A DNA stretch of 64,000 bases. Origin: an uncultured Acidobacteriota bacterium. GTDB lineage: Bacteria > Acidobacteriota > UBA6911 > RPQK01 > JAPXNP01. The notes under the pieces are model-generated. The model did not search any database. It was not told the origin of the DNA and saw only the letters and a list, made by a program, of their open reading frames with translations. Positions 60,834 through 64,000 of the stretch are shown in pieces. The stretch covers positions 864,001 to 928,000 of the forward strand of contig CAVZRV010000007.1 of assembly GCA_963777605.1 (NCBI GenBank), in the 5' to 3' direction. Numbering within the stretch: position 1 is the first letter of the stretch; every line of letters begins with the position of its first letter. A program made the translations under genes and the position numbers.

Positions 60834-61313
60834 TCACGTCGCCGGCCGGGTTTCTGTTTCATCCGGCTCTTTCGTCTTTTCCAGAAGCCGAATGCCGGTG
60901 ATTTCCATTTCCTTGTCCACCGCCTTGCACATGTCGTACAGAGTGAGCGCCGCTACTGACACGGCGGTCAGCGCCTCCATCTCGACGCCCGTTGCCCAGC
61001 GACAGCTCGTCGAGGCCTGAACAAAGAAATGATCGGAAAGCAGTTTGATCTTCACATCGACATGGTCGAGGTTCAGGTTGTGGCAAAGGGGGATTAACTC
61101 CGAGGTTCGTTTCGCGGCCTGAATGCCTGCCAGTCGCGCCACTTCCAGGGGATTCCCCTTGGGTACCTGAAGTTCTTTCACAAGCTGGGCCGTTTGCGAG
61201 GAGATCTTGACCTTTCCTTCCGCGACAGCCCTGCGCCGAGAGAGCTCTTTCCCACTGATATCGACCATTCGGGCAACACCCTGCCCATCGTAGTGAGTGA
61301 GTTTCATCGCCAA
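60834..61313 (-). CDS. moaC: Cyclic pyranopterin monophosphate synthase
   Basis: LTH..ARMVDIS, LIPLCH, TGVEMEAL, YDMCKAVD. Confidence 0.95.
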   Translation of the reverse strand: MAMKLTHYDGQGVARMVDISGKELSRRRAVAEGKVKISSQTAQLVKELQVPKGNPLEVARLAGIQAAKRTSELIPLCHNLNLDHVDVKIKLLSDHFFVQASTSCRWATGVEMEALTAVSVAALTLYDMCKAVDKEMEITGIRLLEKTKEPDETETRPAT

Positions 61314-62518
61314 AGTCCCCCCTGGTCGAGAAGCAGCATATCCACAATCGAGCCTTTCTCAAGTTTTTCACAGTCCGCCGGGACCTGAATTAGGGCATCT
61401 GCCCGCGCCGCGCCAACCAGATCGGCGGAACCCCGAGTTTCCAAGGGTTTCACCGAGAGGTGCTCACTTTCGTGGACCAGTTTCCCCGGCTTGAAGAAGA
61501 GCCGACCAGGCTTCTGGATAACCGCTTCGACCAGGACCGCTCGCACTGGTTGAGGCCTGGCCGCCTGGAATCCCTGGAAGCGGCGCAGCGCCGGATGAAC
61601 AAAAATCTGAAATGTCACGAACGATGAGACGGGATTTCCGGGAAGTCCGAGAATCAACTGTTTCCCGCGGCGGGCTGCCAGAACCGGCTTGCCCGGTTTC
61701 ACCGCAACCTTGTGAAAAAGCAGTTTTCCCTCTCCCTCCTTGATCACCCGGTGAACGAAATCCTTCTCCCCCATTGAGAGACCTCCGCTGATAAGAAGGA
61801 CATCCGCGTCGCGGTGATTGTCCAGAAAGGCCCTCACCGAGTCCGCGGTATCATCCAGGGTCGCGGCCTGAATGACCTTGATTCCCACCGATTCGCCAAG
61901 GCAGGCCAGCATGGGAGTATTCGAATCCCGGATCTGACCCGGACCGAGTGCCTGGCCCGAGACAACCAGTTCATTGCCCGTCGCAGCCGCAACCGCCGTC
62001 GGCGTGCGGTAAACTTTGACGGCGGTACGCCCCACGGCGGCGAGTACGCCGATACCTGCAGGTCCCAGGTGCATGCCCTGCTCCAGGACCTTGGTGCCCT
62101 TTTTCGCTTCGGCACCTGCTTTGAGAATATGCTCGCCTGCCGCTATGTTCGATTTGATGACCACTTCTCGCGGTGAGAGTTCCTCGGTTTGCTCAACCAT
62201 CTGAACGGCGTCGGCGCCCGTCGGAAGCACCGCTCCCGTCATGATCCGGGTCGCTTCCGCCGGCCCTACCGGATATCTGCTGGGTTCTCCCGCGGCCGCC
62301 TCTCCTACGATCGTCAGCCGGTACCAGCCCCGGGCCAGATCCCTGGCCCGCAGTGCGAATCCGTCGACGAGGGACTTGTCGAAGGGTGGCAGGTCGGTGT
62401 CGGCCAGGACGTCCTCGGCAAGACACCTTCCGAGCGCCGACTGAATCGGTACCGTCTCCGGTGTCGGATCAGGGACCGCAGCCAGGAGCACCTCAAGGGC
62501 ATCACTGTATGTCAACAT
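61304..62518 (-). CDS. moeA: Molybdopterin molybdotransferase
   Basis: PPFDKSLVDGFA, IMTGA, TGNEL, KPGKP, GLPGNPVS. Confidence 0.94.
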   Translation of the reverse strand: MLTYSDALEVLLAAVPDPTPETVPIQSALGRCLAEDVLADTDLPPFDKSLVDGFALRARDLARGWYRLTIVGEAAAGEPSRYPVGPAEATRIMTGAVLPTGADAVQMVEQTEELSPREVVIKSNIAAGEHILKAGAEAKKGTKVLEQGMHLGPAGIGVLAAVGRTAVKVYRTPTAVAAATGNELVVSGQALGPGQIRDSNTPMLACLGESVGIKVIQAATLDDTADSVRAFLDNHRDADVLLISGGLSMGEKDFVHRVIKEGEGKLLFHKVAVKPGKPVLAARRGKQLILGLPGNPVSSFVTFQIFVHPALRRFQGFQAARPQPVRAVLVEAVIQKPGRLFFKPGKLVHESEHLSVKPLETRGSADLVGAARADALIQVPADCEKLEKGSIVDMLLLDQGGLWR

Positions 62519-62788
62519 GGTTTCACTTTAGCGCGCCAGCTCTTTCCTAGACAACGATCAACCGGTTTCGAAGCCATCACTTCGGAGGCGCAAGGTCCTG
62601 CCGGAGCTGAAGATTCCTTGAATTGACTGAAACAGAAAGCCGGTCTCAAGCGTTTCTTTCAAAGGGGGCCACCGACATGTAATCCCCTGACACGAGGGCC
62701 TTTGAAACGGCTGCGCATTTTGCTGCTGGTTGGCATTTTGCCATGAATATCGTCTAATCAACGAGCGTAACTTCATTGATTCGAACCG

Positions 62789-62814
62789 GAAACTTTTTGA
62801 GAGCCTGATCCGTT
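62789..62814 (+). promoter_or_regulatory. Putative ECF sigma promoter (GAAACT-N16-CGTT)
   Basis: Lies 19 nt upstream of ATG 62834; AAC/CGT geometry. Confidence 0.55.
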
Positions 62815-62833
62815 ATAGCGAAGTGAGCGCAGG

Positions 62834-64000
62834 ATGAGCACGAGAAAGAAAGTCATTATCAGCAGCGTCGTGGTTGTGATTCTGGGTGCGGTGATCTTTT
62901 TCAGCCTTCGGGCCGGCCGCAAAGACGCAGTTGCTGTCGAAACCGCAAAGGTCGCGCGGAAATCCAAATTGATTGCCATGGTTTCAGCCACCGGCGAGAT
63001 CATGCCCAAAGAATACGTGGAGTTGCAGGCTGAAATCAGTGGCGTGATCACCGACCTCTATGTCAAAGAGGGCGACCACGTCGAGAAAGGGGCCCTTCTC
63101 CTCCGGATCGACCCGGTACAGACTGAGACCGAGCTCAAGGCGCAGGAGGCGGTTCTGAGCGCCACTTCGGCCGAAGCCAGAAATCAGCAGTCCCAGATCT
63201 CTGTACAGGAGACGAATGTGGAACGGGACCTGACCGGCGTCAAGGTCGCCGAAGCTGATCTGGACAAGGCGAAGCAACTCTTCACCATCTCCCAGGCAAC
63301 TTTCGATCGAAAGCAGGAGCTGTTTGAAGACAATCTGCTCTCCCGTGACGCCTACGAGCAGGCCAAGAACGAGGTTGTTACGACCGAGGCCGCTCTCAAG
63401 ACCGCCCAAATGCGGCTGGAACAAGCCGAGGCCCAGTACCGCGTCAGCAAGATGGTTTTGCTACAGTCCAAGGCAAGCTACGAAAGCGCCTTGAGCCGCG
63501 TCCGTCAGCAGAGAGCCTTCCTTGACCGCTCCCAGGATCTTCTCTCCAAGACCACGATCCGCTCTCCTCTCGCCGGTGTCATCACCCAGATGAACGTGGA
63601 ACGGGGCGAGCGCGCCGTCCCAGGAACGCTCAACAATCCGCTGGCGACCCTGATGGTAATTGCTGATTTGTCGGTGATTGAGGCTGAACTCGAAGTTGAC
63701 GAAACGGACATCGTTGACCTGGAACTCGGCCAACTTGCCGTCGTCAAGGTGGACGCTCTTCCGGACACGCCGCTCAAGGGAGTGGTCACCGAGATCGGCA
63801 ATTCCGCCATCCAGCAGAGCTCCGGGACCCAGGAAGCGAAAGACTTCAAGGTTGTTGTCCAGTTGAGCGAACCGCCTGCGTCGCTCCGTCCCGGGTTGAG
63901 CTGTACGGGAGAGATCACCACGGCCACTCGGGAAGATGTACTGGCCATTCCTATCCAGGCCTTGACCATTCGGGAATTCCCGGTGGGCAAAGACGGGGAG
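62834..64000 (+). CDS. MacA-like periplasmic adaptor (partial; runs off the right edge)
   Basis: MSTRKKVIISSVVVVILGAVIFF, VSATGEI, VKEGDHVEKG, IRSPLAGVI, EVDETDI, LRPGLS. Not in the ORF track because it is open-ended. Confidence 0.88.
   Translation, partial: MSTRKKVIISSVVVVILGAVIFFSLRAGRKDAVAVETAKVARKSKLIAMVSATGEIMPKEYVELQAEISGVITDLYVKEGDHVEKGALLLRIDPVQTETELKAQEAVLSATSAEARNQQSQISVQETNVERDLTGVKVAEADLDKAKQLFTISQATFDRKQELFEDNLLSRDAYEQAKNEVVTTEAALKTAQMRLEQAEAQYRVSKMVLLQSKASYESALSRVRQQRAFLDRSQDLLSKTTIRSPLAGVITQMNVERGERAVPGTLNNPLATLMVIADLSVIEAELEVDETDIVDLELGQLAVVKVDALPDTPLKGVVTEIGNSAIQQSSGTQEAKDFKVVVQLSEPPASLRPGLSCTGEITTATREDVLAIPIQALTIREFPVGKDGE

Noticed and set aside
62519-62720. Moco riboswitch upstream of moeA
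   Set aside because: The minus strand lacks the Moco consensus, and a -10 element 6 nt from the ATG suggests a leaderless transcript. Only a TTCAAAGG..CCTTTGAA inverted repeat is present.
1-64000. CRISPR arrays, tRNA/rRNA, IS or prophage elements
   Set aside because: No regularly spaced repeats, cloverleaf signatures, transposase, integrase or phage genes were seen by eye; short RNAs could have been missed.

Overview
GC-rich, gene-dense bacterial chromosomal window. It is probably Acidobacteriota, inferred from an acidobacterial-type VWA protein, several MacAB/FtsX-type ABC systems and an ECF-ZAS-HEAT cassette. I found no rRNA, tRNA, CRISPR array, integrase or transposase. Recognisable content in order: a partial PAS sensor kinase, tesA-ybbAP, a C-N hydrolase with a PutP-like symporter, kup, a macro domain gene, fumC, an oleABCD-like olefin/beta-lactone cluster, rocD-argF, pyrE, yajQ, a LolA-like/ABC/beta-barrel operon, bacilliredoxin, a three-adaptor MacB-like exporter, a kinase-dCMP deaminase fusion, gcdH, an internally deleted 2-oxoacid:ferredoxin oxidoreductase operon, nfuA, an ECF cassette, an Rrf2-sufBCDSUT operon and moeA-moaC. 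At least four genes carry single frameshifts, probably long-read or assembly errors. The best leads are the oleABCD cluster with a divergent OleA and a possible OleC-OleD fusion, an ABC-2 permease fused to a metal-ligand-less amidohydrolase, the tandem-adaptor exporter with ECF-type promoters, the Dcd1/AvcD-like fusion and the deleted oxidoreductase operon. All family assignments come from motif recognition, not database searches.
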